64,000 bases of DNA from an uncultured Haloferula sp. (GCA_965652295.1 CBFGTS010000002.1:96001-160000); one strand, 5' to 3'. Numbered from the stretch's first letter, positions 1 through 9,214 are shown. The notes: a model not told the origin generated them from the letters alone. Program-made: numbers and translations.

Positions 1-229
1 GAGCGGGCGCGCCGCGGTAGTATTCCGGCATCTGGTCGTCCCAACGCTGCTCGGGAAACTGCATCGTCGCACCGAGACCGGAGGACTTCAGCGTGTCGGC
101 CCCGCGGGTTTTTCCGCGAAGCGAGTCGAAGGCGTGCTTCATCGTGATGAAGAAGCCTTTGACGATGGCTCCGAGGTAGAGCTTTTCGCCTGTGGCGAGG
201 TCGGGGCGTTTGACTTTGATGACTGCCAT
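1..229 (-). CDS. nuoI: NADH-quinone oxidoreductase subunit I, N-terminal part (runs off window)
   Basis: Manual translation from ATG at 229: MAVIKVKRPDLATGEKLYLGAIVKGFFITMKHAF...TMQFPEQRW...YRGAP. This fits the NuoI N-terminus, and the gene directly follows nuoH. Confidence 0.85.
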   Translation of the reverse strand, partial: MAVIKVKRPDLATGEKLYLGAIVKGFFITMKHAFDSLRGKTRGADTLKSSGLGATMQFPEQRWDDQMPEYYRGAPA

Positions 230-244
230 CGGGTGGGAAGGGGA

Positions 245-1513
245 TCAATTGGAGCCGAGCAGGCCGTAGTTCGGCTTCGACTTGAATTCGGACGAGCGCA
301 GGGCCCAGATAAGGCCAGCGGTAACCGCGGCGAGCACCACCAGGCCGACGACGGTGATCACGGAGCCTAGTTGCGGCGCGGCGATCACGAGGGCGGCGAG
401 GAAGACGTTGATCAGTGCGGCTTCGAAGAAAATCACCCACCCGAGGCGCATCAGCTGATCGTAGCGGAAACGCGGCACGGTCCAGCGGACGAGAATGAAG
501 AACAGGATGAAGGCCACCAGTTTCGTCATGAAGACACCGAGGTGGATCAGACCGCCGATCTTGAAACCACCGATGGCGAAGTTCGAGATGTTGTCATCGA
601 ACCCGAATCCGAGCGACCAGCCGCCGAGGAAAAGCGTCACGATGAGTGCCGAGCCGATCACCATGGCAGCGTATTCGCCCATGAAAAACATGGCGAACTT
701 CATCGAGGAATACTCGGTGTGATAGCCACCCACGAGTTCGGTTTCGCACTCCGGCAGGTCGAAGGGCATCCGGTTGGTTTCGGCGAAGATCGAGACGGTG
801 AAGATCACAAAGGCGATGAACGCCGGGATCCAGAAAAGCAGCTTTGAGCTGAGAGTGTGCTCCGCGTCGTTCCCCCAGAATGGCAGCAGCAGCCAGCCGT
901 GCTCGGCTTGTTGCTGGACGATATTCGAGAGGTTGAGGTCGCCGTAGTAGAGCAGCACCGGAATGATCGAGAGGCCGAGCGCGATTTCGTAAGAGATCAT
1001 TTGGGCCGTCGCGCGGACGCCACCGACGAAGGGATACTTCGAGTTCGACGACCACCCGGCGAGGGTGATGCCGTAAACGGAGAGCGAGGCGATCGCGAAA
1101 ACGAACAGCGGACCGACGTCGAGATCGGCGATGACCAGCTTCACCTCTTCGCCCGAGAAGCCGATCGGCGAGCCGAAGGGAATCACGCACACGGTGATCA
1201 ATGAGGGCACGACGACCAGTGCGGGAGCCAGCCAGTAGAAAGCCTTGCGGACGTTCGAGGGGGTGAAGTCCTCCTTGAGAAAGAGCTTCAAGCCATCGGC
1301 CATCGGCTGGACGAGACCGAAGAGGTGGAAATCCTTCTTCGCGCCGAAGAGCGTCAGTGGAATACCGACGCGGTTCGGGCCGACGCGGTCCTGGATGATG
1401 GCGGAAAAGCGGCGCTCGAAATAAACCGAGACCGGCACCAGCGGCAGGACGACCATGAAGGTGAGCCCGATGACCTTGGCGGCGATGATCGCGAGTTGGA
1501 TGAGGAAATCCAT
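245..1513 (-). CDS. nuoH: NADH-quinone oxidoreductase subunit H
   Basis: ERR..A.IQDRVGPNRVG, QPMADGLKLFLKED, GWSSNSKY, AETNRMPFDLPECETELVGGYHTEYS and RWTVPRFRYDQLM motifs; multiple TM helices. Confidence 0.97.
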   Translation of the reverse strand: MDFLIQLAIIAAKVIGLTFMVVLPLVPVSVYFERRFSAIIQDRVGPNRVGIPLTLFGAKKDFHLFGLVQPMADGLKLFLKEDFTPSNVRKAFYWLAPALVVVPSLITVCVIPFGSPIGFSGEEVKLVIADLDVGPLFVFAIASLSVYGITLAGWSSNSKYPFVGGVRATAQMISYEIALGLSIIPVLLYYGDLNLSNIVQQQAEHGWLLLPFWGNDAEHTLSSKLLFWIPAFIAFVIFTVSIFAETNRMPFDLPECETELVGGYHTEYSSMKFAMFFMGEYAAMVIGSALIVTLFLGGWSLGFGFDDNISNFAIGGFKIGGLIHLGVFMTKLVAFILFFILVRWTVPRFRYDQLMRLGWVIFFEAALINVFLAALVIAAPQLGSVITVVGLVVLAAVTAGLIWALRSSEFKSKPNYGLLGSN

Positions 1514-1539
1514 GGAATCAGAGAAGCAGAGAGAAGGAA

Positions 1540-3279
1540 TCAGCCGACGATTTCACCCGCGGCCTTGCGGGCCTTTTCGTTTTCGAGCAGCGGAATGGTG
1601 ACGCCGGTTTCGGTGACGGGGACACCGAGATCGCCGATCTTGGAGAGGGTCATTTCGGCGAATTCGGGCACGCCGGCGGCCATGTCCTTGAACACGTCCT
1701 CGATGAGGAAGGGACCGGTCGCGCTGGAGAGGTCGCGGAGGATCTCCCAGTCGTCGCGTGCTTCGGCCGGCGGTTCGACCGCGCGGTTGAGGCGTTGGAG
1801 GCGACCCGTGACGTTGACCATCGAGCCGCGCTTTTCGGCGAAAGCCGCGCCCGGCAGGACGACGTGGCTGGCCTCGGCGGTCGGGCCGGCAAGGAGCTGG
1901 ACGGAAGCGAGAAACTCCACCTTGCCGAGATCCTCCTTGGTGAAGCCGGCCTCCGCGGTAAGGTCTTCGCCAAATACGAGCAAGGCTTTGATCGAGCCGC
2001 TGCGGACGCCATGGACGATCGATGCGAGGCGGAAAGCGGTGTCCTCGCGCCGCCAAACGAGCTTGGCACCGGTGCTGTTCGGATTGCGGTCGGCGGAGAT
2101 CAGTTTGCCGTCGCTTTCGCCCATGCGGGGCACCGTGGTGACCTGCTCGATGCCGTGCTGGTGGGCCAGCTTCATCGCCATGTGCAGCTCTTCGTTGGTC
2201 ATTCGCGCGGAGGCGACGATCGCCACCTGCTCGGCGGGGTAGCTGGCGAGGCCTTCGCGGACGACCGCCAGCGCCTGATCCCACTCGGCGGGCTGGTGTT
2301 TTCCATCGAGCTTGATGAGCGGCTGGGTGAGCCGCTCCGGCGAATCGATGTAGTGGAAATTCAGGCGGTGGGAATCCGGCAGCCAGCAGGAGTTGACGTC
2401 GTCGTTCTGACGTGGGGTGATGCGATAGACCGTGTTGCCGCGGGTCCAGACGATGATGTTCGCGCCGGTGCCGCAATTGACGTCGATGGTCTTGGTCTCC
2501 TTGAGGAACCAGACCCGCATCTCGAAACGGAAATCGTTGCTGGTCAGAGCTCCGACCGGGCAGATGTCGGCGGTGTTCAGCGAGTAGTTCGAGTCGAGCT
2601 TGCGACCCGGGTGGACCGTCAGCGTGGTGTAGGTGCCACGCTGGGTGAAGCCGAGGACCGGATCGTCCGCGACCTCGTCCATGAAGCGGATGCAGCGGCT
2701 GCACATGATGCAGCGCTCGTCGTCGAGCCGGATGCGCGGGCCGATATCGACGTTCTTCGGCTTCTTGACCTTCATGTCGACGAAGCGCGAAACGCCGCGT
2801 CCGTAGCCGACGGAGTGTTCCTGCAAGCGGCATTCGCCGGCCTGGTCGCAGATCGGGCAATCCAGCGGGTGATTGATGAGCAGGAACTCCATCACGCCCT
2901 CGCGGACTTTTTCCACCAGCTCGCCGTGGGTGCGGATGCCCATGTTTTCCCCGACGGTGTTGGCACAGGCGATGACCGGACGGGGCATCCAGCCGATTTC
3001 CTGGTAGCCTTCCTCGTTGTAAACGGGGTCCTGACCGGGAGCGGGTCGCGGCGGCATCCCCATCTGGACGAGGCACATGCGGCAGTTGCCCGGCGAGGAA
3101 AGCTTCGGGTGGTAGCAGTAGTGCGGGACATCGACGCCGAACTGCCGGCAGGCCTCGATCATCCGCGTGCCCTTCGGGACCTGGCGCCAGATGCCGTCGA
3201 TCTGCACGTTGACCATGCCCTTTTCGGCGGCAAGATCCTTGGGAAGGCGGGCTTCTGCGGTGGATGCGGAATCGCTCAT
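1540..3279 (-). CDS. nuoG: NADH-quinone oxidoreductase subunit G (short form)
   Basis: CYHPKL..GNCRMCLV, NHPLDCPICDQAGEC.LQ, RCIMCSRCIRF and DICPVGAL Fe-S motifs; lies upstream of nuoH. Confidence 0.95.
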   Translation of the reverse strand: MSDSASTAEARLPKDLAAEKGMVNVQIDGIWRQVPKGTRMIEACRQFGVDVPHYCYHPKLSSPGNCRMCLVQMGMPPRPAPGQDPVYNEEGYQEIGWMPRPVIACANTVGENMGIRTHGELVEKVREGVMEFLLINHPLDCPICDQAGECRLQEHSVGYGRGVSRFVDMKVKKPKNVDIGPRIRLDDERCIMCSRCIRFMDEVADDPVLGFTQRGTYTTLTVHPGRKLDSNYSLNTADICPVGALTSNDFRFEMRVWFLKETKTIDVNCGTGANIIVWTRGNTVYRITPRQNDDVNSCWLPDSHRLNFHYIDSPERLTQPLIKLDGKHQPAEWDQALAVVREGLASYPAEQVAIVASARMTNEELHMAMKLAHQHGIEQVTTVPRMGESDGKLISADRNPNSTGAKLVWRREDTAFRLASIVHGVRSGSIKALLVFGEDLTAEAGFTKEDLGKVEFLASVQLLAGPTAEASHVVLPGAAFAEKRGSMVNVTGRLQRLNRAVEPPAEARDDWEILRDLSSATGPFLIEDVFKDMAAGVPEFAEMTLSKIGDLGVPVTETGVTIPLLENEKARKAAGEIVG

Positions 3280-3330
3280 GTCTATGCGAGGAAACGTGCG
3301 TTCAGCACGGCCGGGAGGCGGCGCGGCGGG

Positions 3331-3359
3331 AATATGGAAACCGCCCCTGCCAGCGGCAA
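3331..3359 (-). promoter_or_regulatory. Putative sigma70-type promoter of nuoG-H-I
   Basis: Minus strand TTGCCG, 17-bp spacer, CATATT, about 50 bp upstream of the nuoG start. Confidence 0.4.
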
Positions 3360-3365
3360 GCGCAC

Positions 3366-3385
3366 TTTGTGAAAAGTTTCACAAA
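3366..3385. promoter_or_regulatory. Palindromic operator TTTGTGAAA-AG-TTTCACAAA (Rex-box / CRP-family-box like)
   Basis: Perfect 9-bp inverted repeat, AT-rich in a GC-rich context. Matches TTGTGAA-N4-TTCACAA (Rex) and TGTGA-N6-TCACA (CRP). Confidence 0.7.
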
Positions 3386-3456
3386 CTCGGGCCGCAGGCG
3401 AGGACGCAGGGCCGGGACACGCACAAATATGCGGAACCCAGCCGATTTCCCGAGAT

Positions 3457-4020
3457 TCAGGCCCGGCTCATGTAGGAGCCGTCGTCGGTCTTGATGAGGA
3501 GGCGCTCACCGGGGTTGATGAAAAGCGGCGCTTGCACGACGAGGCCGGTCTCCATGGTGACGGTCTTGTTCGAATTGTTGGCGGAGTCGCCCTTGATGCC
3601 CTCGGGCGCCTCGGCGACGATCATTTCCATGGAAGGCGGAAGCTCGATGTCCGCCACCACGCCATCCGCGAAAAGCAGGGTGTAGATCTGACCCTCGATG
3701 AGGTAATCCTTCACCAGATCGATGATCTCCTCCGGGACCACGACGTCATCGTAGGTTTCATTGTGGAGGAAGTGATGGCCGGCCGAGTCCTTGTAGGAAT
3801 ACTCGTGAGCGATGCGCTCGAGCATCACGCCTTCCAGCGAGTCGTTCGAGGTCAGGCGCAGGTTGGAAACCTTCTTGGTGGCCACACTGCGGATCGACAT
3901 CTGCACGTAGGACGCCATGCGTGGCGGGGTCTTGAGCTCGTGGGAGATCACGACGCAAACGTCGCCATTGTGACGGACCGCGTGACCGCGGCGGAGATTG
4001 ATGACAGGAGTGCTGGCCAT
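3457..4020 (-). CDS. efp: Elongation factor P family protein with non-canonical loop
   Basis: Start MASTPVINLRRGH at 4020; Y.Y.D...HF...ETYD middle region; C-terminal GIKGDSANN.NK...METGL.VQAPLFI..GE...I.T..GSY.SRA EF-P signature. Confidence 0.92.
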   Translation of the reverse strand: MASTPVINLRRGHAVRHNGDVCVVISHELKTPPRMASYVQMSIRSVATKKVSNLRLTSNDSLEGVMLERIAHEYSYKDSAGHHFLHNETYDDVVVPEEIIDLVKDYLIEGQIYTLLFADGVVADIELPPSMEMIVAEAPEGIKGDSANNSNKTVTMETGLVVQAPLFINPGERLLIKTDDGSYMSRA

Positions 4021-4146
4021 GTTGCGGAGCGGGATAGGCGGCGACCCGGCCGATGGCAAGGATGGAGTAGGGGCATGAAACGGGAACACGCACCTCCGCT
4101 CGCTCGTGGACTACCGCCGGAGCGTGCCGCGGACGCAGACCGGTGA

Positions 4147-4929
4147 TCAGGCAGCCGCCGGGGTGCCGTGACGAACGAGAAACTCGTCGGCCAGTGAAAG
4201 GTAACTGGTCGCACCGGCGCCGGATGGGTCGTGCTCAAGGATGGTCCGGGCGTGGCTCGGAGCCTCGCTGATGCGGACCGTGCGCGGGATGACGGTGCGG
4301 TAGAGCTCCTCGGGGAAATAGTTCTTCACCTCCTCAATGACCTGGCGGGAAAGATTCGTCCGGTTGTCGAACATCGTCATCACGATGCCTTCGATCCGCA
4401 GATCAGGACTGGCACCGCTCTGGCGGATTTCGTCGATGACCCGGACGATTTTTGCGAGCCCCTCAAGGCCGTACCATTCGCATTGCAAGGGCACCATCAC
4501 TTCATCGGCCGCAGCCAGGGCGGAGGTCATCAGCACGCCGAGCGAGGGCGGAGTGTCGAGGATACAGTAGTCAAAAAGGTCGTTCGGTTTCAGCCCCTGC
4601 AGGATGCCGCGCAGGCGGGTGAGGTGGTCATCGCTGCGGGCGAGCTCGATTTCCACCCCGGCGAGATCCATGTGCGATGGGATCATCCACAGCCGCTCGC
4701 GGCCGGTCTCGCGGATGGTCTGCCGCACGTCGTGATCACCGATCAGCGAAGGATACACCGTGTCCTCGCCCTCGCATTCGATGCCGAGTCCGCTGGTGGT
4801 GTTCGCCTGCGGGTCGAGGTCGATGAGCAGCACGCGCTGGCCGCGGGCGGCGAGTGCGGCGGAGAGGTTCAGCGCGGTGGTGGTTTTACCCACGCCACCT
4901 TTTTGGTTTCCGACGGCAACGACCTTCAT
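4147..4929 (-). CDS. parA: ParA/Soj family ATPase
   Basis: NQKGGVGKTTT deviant Walker A, IDLDPQAN, DTPPSLG, PLQCE.YGLEG and IPR.VRISEAPSH motifs. Confidence 0.92.
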   Translation of the reverse strand: MKVVAVGNQKGGVGKTTTALNLSAALAARGQRVLLIDLDPQANTTSGLGIECEGEDTVYPSLIGDHDVRQTIRETGRERLWMIPSHMDLAGVEIELARSDDHLTRLRGILQGLKPNDLFDYCILDTPPSLGVLMTSALAAADEVMVPLQCEWYGLEGLAKIVRVIDEIRQSGASPDLRIEGIVMTMFDNRTNLSRQVIEEVKNYFPEELYRTVIPRTVRISEAPSHARTILEHDPSGAGATSYLSLADEFLVRHGTPAAA

Positions 4930-5054
4930 TTCTTCAGCGGGCGGCAGCATTCCGATCCGCGGGCGGGGTGGCAAACAAAACCGGGACCGATCTCCAAATC
5001 ATGCCGCGGTGGTTTTGCTGGCCACCGCCTCCCGGGCATGGCGAAACAACCGGC

Positions 5055-7919
5055 GTGCGCGAGTGGACGAAAGACCGGATCCGCAAGGAGGCGGCGTGGC
5101 AGATCTTCAAGGAAGGCGAGCGGCTGGTGGAAAGCGGCGCGGTGCCCGAGGTGAGCTGCCGCAACGGCATCGTCTCCGGCCTCTTCGTTCAGGGCAAACA
5201 ACGCATCCGGACGGTTGTCCGGACCGCGGGGGTGTTGGAGGTGGACTGCCAGTGCGCCGAGAATCGCTCCACCGGTGCGGTCTGCCGACACGCGGTGGCT
5301 CTGATGCTTTCCCTGCTGAAGGAGAACGATCGGCCGACCGCGCGGACACTACAGCCGGCACCCGCTCCGATTCCGGTTCGTGCCTCCGAGGTCCAGTTCC
5401 CACCGAGCTGGCAGAAGGCGCTCGCTACCGGAAGTCTCGCCGTCCGCATCCGCTGGATCGATGGCGAGCCCGACGATGGCGATGTCGCGCTCTGCCGTTG
5501 GTGGGGCGCAGCCGGGCAGGGGGATCGCGAGCCGGGCCAGCTCCACCTCAACGGGGAAACCCTCGGCACACTTCTGACCGCCCTGGAGTTCCACACGCGG
5601 CTTCATGGACCGGATGGAGAAATCGAAGGCGGAAATATTTTACCGGTGACGCTCACCGAAAGCCGACGCTCCGAGGGTGGGCTTGAGTTGGCGTGGAAAC
5701 CCGACGGACGCCGATGGATCTCCCTTCCCGGATTCACCGGATGGGTGGTCGGTCGCGGATTTGCACGGATCTCGGCAGACGAAATCGAACCGGAAACCAA
5801 GTCGCGGATTCGCGAGCTGCTGGAGACAGGCCGGACGCGGATCCCAGACGAAGCTTTATCCAGCGAACTCCAGCTGTGGCTCGATCTTACCGCCGAGCCG
5901 CGTCCGGGATGGCTCGGCACCATCCGGATCGAAGCCCGACCGCCTGCGGTCCGCATCGAGCTGGAAGGATCTCTGAACGCCCTTGATGCCACGGTGCGGG
6001 TCGATTCCCCATCAGGGAGCGATTTCTCCAAGCTGATCGTCGAGGAACCAGGCCACCGGGAGAGCTTGCTTCGCGAGCTGCGGGATCCCGGCTTCCAAGA
6101 ACGGGAAGGGGGCCGCTGGGTCATCCGCGACCCGGCTGCGGCCACCGATTTCCTCGCCAATCGGTTGGAGTCATGGAAGGCGCGCTGGGCCGTGACGATC
6201 GGGCCCAAGCTCTGCCACGTCCTGAAGTCGCTCCACGTCATCCGTCCCGTCATCGAGCCAGTGCAGGGCGGGGGGCTTGCCGTCGAGATCTCATACCAAA
6301 CCGGTGCCGGAAAGCCGGTGCCGCGGGCGAAAGTGCTGGAGCTCATCCGCTCGGGTCGGACCTCGACGAAAACCTCGTCCGGAGCCCAAGTCGTGGTAGC
6401 CCGAGAGGTCTACGAGGATTTCGAGCCCCTCGCCGCCGACCTCGGAATCGCAGGCCCGGAGGGCCGAATTCAACTCGATCCGGCGCGACTTCATTGTTTA
6501 CGTGAATTTCGTGGAAAAAATCACTCTTCCCTCATTTCGAGCGATCTAAGAATTACTCGGCCCGAGCTGAATGGATTCACCCTCCGCGACTACCAGTCGG
6601 AAGGCGTCGCTTGGCTGGTGGATCGCTTGAGCATGCTTGGGGGGGCTCTTTTAGCCGATGAAATGGGCCTCGGAAAAACCGTCCAGACCATCGGCGCCAT
6701 GGCAGCCCTCCGGAAAGCGTCGCCCGGTTGGAAGTCGCTGATCGTGGTGCCCAGCTCCTTGCTCGCGAACTGGGAAGCGGAGCTCGAACGGTTCGCACCG
6801 GAGCTGCGGGTGGTGCGCCTCCACGGAGCCGATCGCGACGAGCGGCGCGACCAGGAAGCCGACGTGGTAATCACCAGCTACGGCACTGTTGTGCGCGACC
6901 TCGCGTTTCACATCCGCGCCGGCTACTCGTTGATGGTCATGGATGAAGCCGGAGCCATCCGAAACCCTTCCAGTCAGACCTCGAAATCCGTCGCCAAGAT
7001 CCCCGCAAAGAGCCGGCTCGCCCTCAGCGGAACGCCGGTGGAGAACCGCCTGCTCGACCTCTGGTCCATTTTCCGGGTCGTCGCCCCGGGATATCTTGGC
7101 TCAAAAGACGATTTTGCCGCCCGCTACACCGATGGCGGCGCGGAAGCCAGAAGGCTTTCGGCGCGGGTGGCTCCGTTCGTTTTGCGGCGAACCAAGTCCG
7201 AGGTCGCCAAGGATTTGCCCGAAAAGTCGGTTTCGGACGTCGTCCTTGAACTCGGACCCGACGAGCGGCGGATCTACCAGGAGATTGCCCAAGCCGGACT
7301 GGCACGCATGGAAGCGATGAAGAGCGAGTCCGCCGCCCGGCTGCATCTCCTAACGGTGCTCCTGCGACTCCGGCAACTCTGCCTCAGTCCGAGCCTCCTC
7401 AATCCCGACTGGAGCCGCGGACCCAAATCCGAATGGCTCTCGGATTTTCTCCGTGAGCGCGCCGAACAAGGCAAAAAGACGCTCGTTTTCAGTCAATTCG
7501 CCGGGTTTTTACGAGAAGCACAAAAAAATATAACCGACGATCACGGAGCAGTATTTCGGCTCGATGGTTCGACCGTGGACCGGGGCGAGCGGGTGAAACG
7601 GTTCCAGCAGCAACCTGGGCCGGCGGTGTTTCTGATCAGCCTCAAAGCGGGTGGATACGGACTCAACCTGACCGCCGCCGACGCCGTGGTGCACATGGAC
7701 CCGTGGTGGAATCCCGCCGCCGAAAGCCAGGCCAACGACCGGGCCCACCGTATCGGCCAAACCTTACCGGTGATGGTTTACCGACTCTTGATCCGTGATT
7801 CCGTCGAACAGCGCGTGCGCCGCCTCCAAGACGCCAAACGCGCCCTTATCGAGGGCATCAATGGTGGCGACGCCGGCCAAGGCTGGTTGCAGGAGGACCT
7901 GGCGGGCTTGTTGCGGTGA
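5055..7919 (+). CDS. SNF2-family helicase with N-terminal SWIM zinc finger
   Basis: SWIM CQC...CRH; LRDYQ..G, LLADEMGLGKT, MDEAG, ALSGTPVEN, LRRTK, VFSQF, LISLKAGGYGLNL and DPWWNPA...QA.DRAHRIGQ. Start at GTG 5055 is my estimate. Confidence 0.92.
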   Translation: MREWTKDRIRKEAAWQIFKEGERLVESGAVPEVSCRNGIVSGLFVQGKQRIRTVVRTAGVLEVDCQCAENRSTGAVCRHAVALMLSLLKENDRPTARTLQPAPAPIPVRASEVQFPPSWQKALATGSLAVRIRWIDGEPDDGDVALCRWWGAAGQGDREPGQLHLNGETLGTLLTALEFHTRLHGPDGEIEGGNILPVTLTESRRSEGGLELAWKPDGRRWISLPGFTGWVVGRGFARISADEIEPETKSRIRELLETGRTRIPDEALSSELQLWLDLTAEPRPGWLGTIRIEARPPAVRIELEGSLNALDATVRVDSPSGSDFSKLIVEEPGHRESLLRELRDPGFQEREGGRWVIRDPAAATDFLANRLESWKARWAVTIGPKLCHVLKSLHVIRPVIEPVQGGGLAVEISYQTGAGKPVPRAKVLELIRSGRTSTKTSSGAQVVVAREVYEDFEPLAADLGIAGPEGRIQLDPARLHCLREFRGKNHSSLISSDLRITRPELNGFTLRDYQSEGVAWLVDRLSMLGGALLADEMGLGKTVQTIGAMAALRKASPGWKSLIVVPSSLLANWEAELERFAPELRVVRLHGADRDERRDQEADVVITSYGTVVRDLAFHIRAGYSLMVMDEAGAIRNPSSQTSKSVAKIPAKSRLALSGTPVENRLLDLWSIFRVVAPGYLGSKDDFAARYTDGGAEARRLSARVAPFVLRRTKSEVAKDLPEKSVSDVVLELGPDERRIYQEIAQAGLARMEAMKSESAARLHLLTVLLRLRQLCLSPSLLNPDWSRGPKSEWLSDFLRERAEQGKKTLVFSQFAGFLREAQKNITDDHGAVFRLDGSTVDRGERVKRFQQQPGPAVFLISLKAGGYGLNLTAADAVVHMDPWWNPAAESQANDRAHRIGQTLPVMVYRLLIRDSVEQRVRRLQDAKRALIEGINGGDAGQGWLQEDLAGLLR

Positions 7920-8301
7920 AGCCTTGCCTCGGAAGGTTCGAGGGCGGTTCTCGTAGAGCGTACCCTCCGGCGAAATCGCGACAGGGTTTCTCAGAGACGG
8001 CATACGGATGCGCTTCACGGGCGATCAGGGCGCCTTTCTCCCGCGCGGCTCTCATCATCTCGTAGTCCAGCTGCAGCCGCAGCCAGAATCCTTGAGAGGT
8101 CCCGAAATAACGACTCAGGCGCAGATCGTGTTCCGGCGTGCACCGACGACGGCCCTTCTTCATGTCGGTCAGGTGAGGGGAGGGGATGCCGGTTTGGCGA
8201 GCGACTTCCGCCTGAGAAACCGCCCACTCCTCAAGAGTCTCCCGCAACGTCTCCGCGAAGAAGTTCACCAACGGCAGGAGTTCAGAGTCTTCTTTCTTCA
8301 T
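7858..8301 (-). CDS. higA: HigA-family antitoxin (XRE-type HTH)
   Basis: SQAEVARQTGIP..HLTDMKKGRRRCTPE..LRLSRYFGTSQGFWLRLQ.DY matches the HigA addiction-module antidote pattern. The C-terminal ~45 aa look like an unusual extension. Confidence 0.85.
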   Translation of the reverse strand: MKKEDSELLPLVNFFAETLRETLEEWAVSQAEVARQTGIPSPHLTDMKKGRRRCTPEHDLRLSRYFGTSQGFWLRLQLDYEMMRAAREKGALIAREAHPYAVSEKPCRDFAGGYALREPPSNLPRQGFTATSPPGPPATSLGRRRHH

Positions 8302-8990
8302 TCGCCCAGCCTTTCCCGCGCCCGGGCGTCCATTCGAACCGGGATCGTGTCGATGGGAGCCATCACGCCTTCAGGCGTGCGCACCACATTCGCAGGCCGA
8401 AGGTCGAAGACCGCTACATCATCCCGGGCGAATGCCAGCGAATCCTCATACCCGATCGAAAAACGGTCCGGCAGCTGCCGAAAGCCAAGCCTATCCACCA
8501 TCATGGTCACGATTTCCTCCCGAGTGGCAGCTTCTCCTGCAAGGTGCGGCTGACGGGTCAAAATTCGCGGGCGTGTGCGCTCACCGGCAACTCCGACGAA
8601 TGAAACCAAGTCCGCGAATAGCTCGTTGTGAAGCTCCATCCGTTCCAGGTATTCAAGAGGAAGTGCCGGCACAAGGGAGGGTGAGCCAAGCTCGAACGAA
8701 ACCGCATACCCGGCAGCCGCGGGCTTGGTGAATTTGAGCCAAGACGCCTCGTCCTCGATGAAAATCAAATCGTGCTCCCTGCCGCCTTCTTTCAGCGGTT
8801 GGAGGCCTTCGAAGAAGCATCCTGCTTCTTCCGCCCAGCGAACGAGCCGGCGGAAACTTTCATCGTAAATGGACCATCCGTCGATTTCGCCATGCGGTCC
8901 ACCTGGGCGTAGGCGTTCGCCGAGGTTGTGACGGGCCTCGACGAGCGAACGGTCGCGATTCGGGTCAGGTAGGCGCTCTCCTTCATTCAA
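8298..8990 (-). CDS. Putative protein kinase of the polyvalent-protein kinase type
   Basis: GG.EH.L Gly-loop, WLKFT lysine, LEYLER..LHN.LF.D, QP...G, catalytic-like FDLRPANV and terminal APID. Stop overlaps the higA start (ATGA). Start uncertain: TTG 8990, frame open to 9224. Confidence 0.7.
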   Translation of the reverse strand: MNEGERLPDPNRDRSLVEARHNLGERLRPGGPHGEIDGWSIYDESFRRLVRWAEEAGCFFEGLQPLKEGGREHDLIFIEDEASWLKFTKPAAAGYAVSFELGSPSLVPALPLEYLERMELHNELFADLVSFVGVAGERTRPRILTRQPHLAGEAATREEIVTMMVDRLGFRQLPDRFSIGYEDSLAFARDDVAVFDLRPANVVRTPEGVMAPIDTIPVRMDARARERLGE

Positions 8991-9214
8991 CTGCCGAGAA
9001 AATAGGGCAGGCCCAGCGCGTGCGCCAGCAATAATCCGCCCTGCGCAAAATGTCATCCACGACTCGCCCCTAAAAGAACGACCTGTCGACGCGGACAACC
9101 ACGTAGGCGTTGCTGAAGGTTCGTGGATCTGAAGAAGATGTCCACGAGAGGCGAGAAGCTTTCTGAGCTGATTGCAGTTCTGCCTGAAAGAACGAAGGAA
9201 TTTTAGATTCCGCA

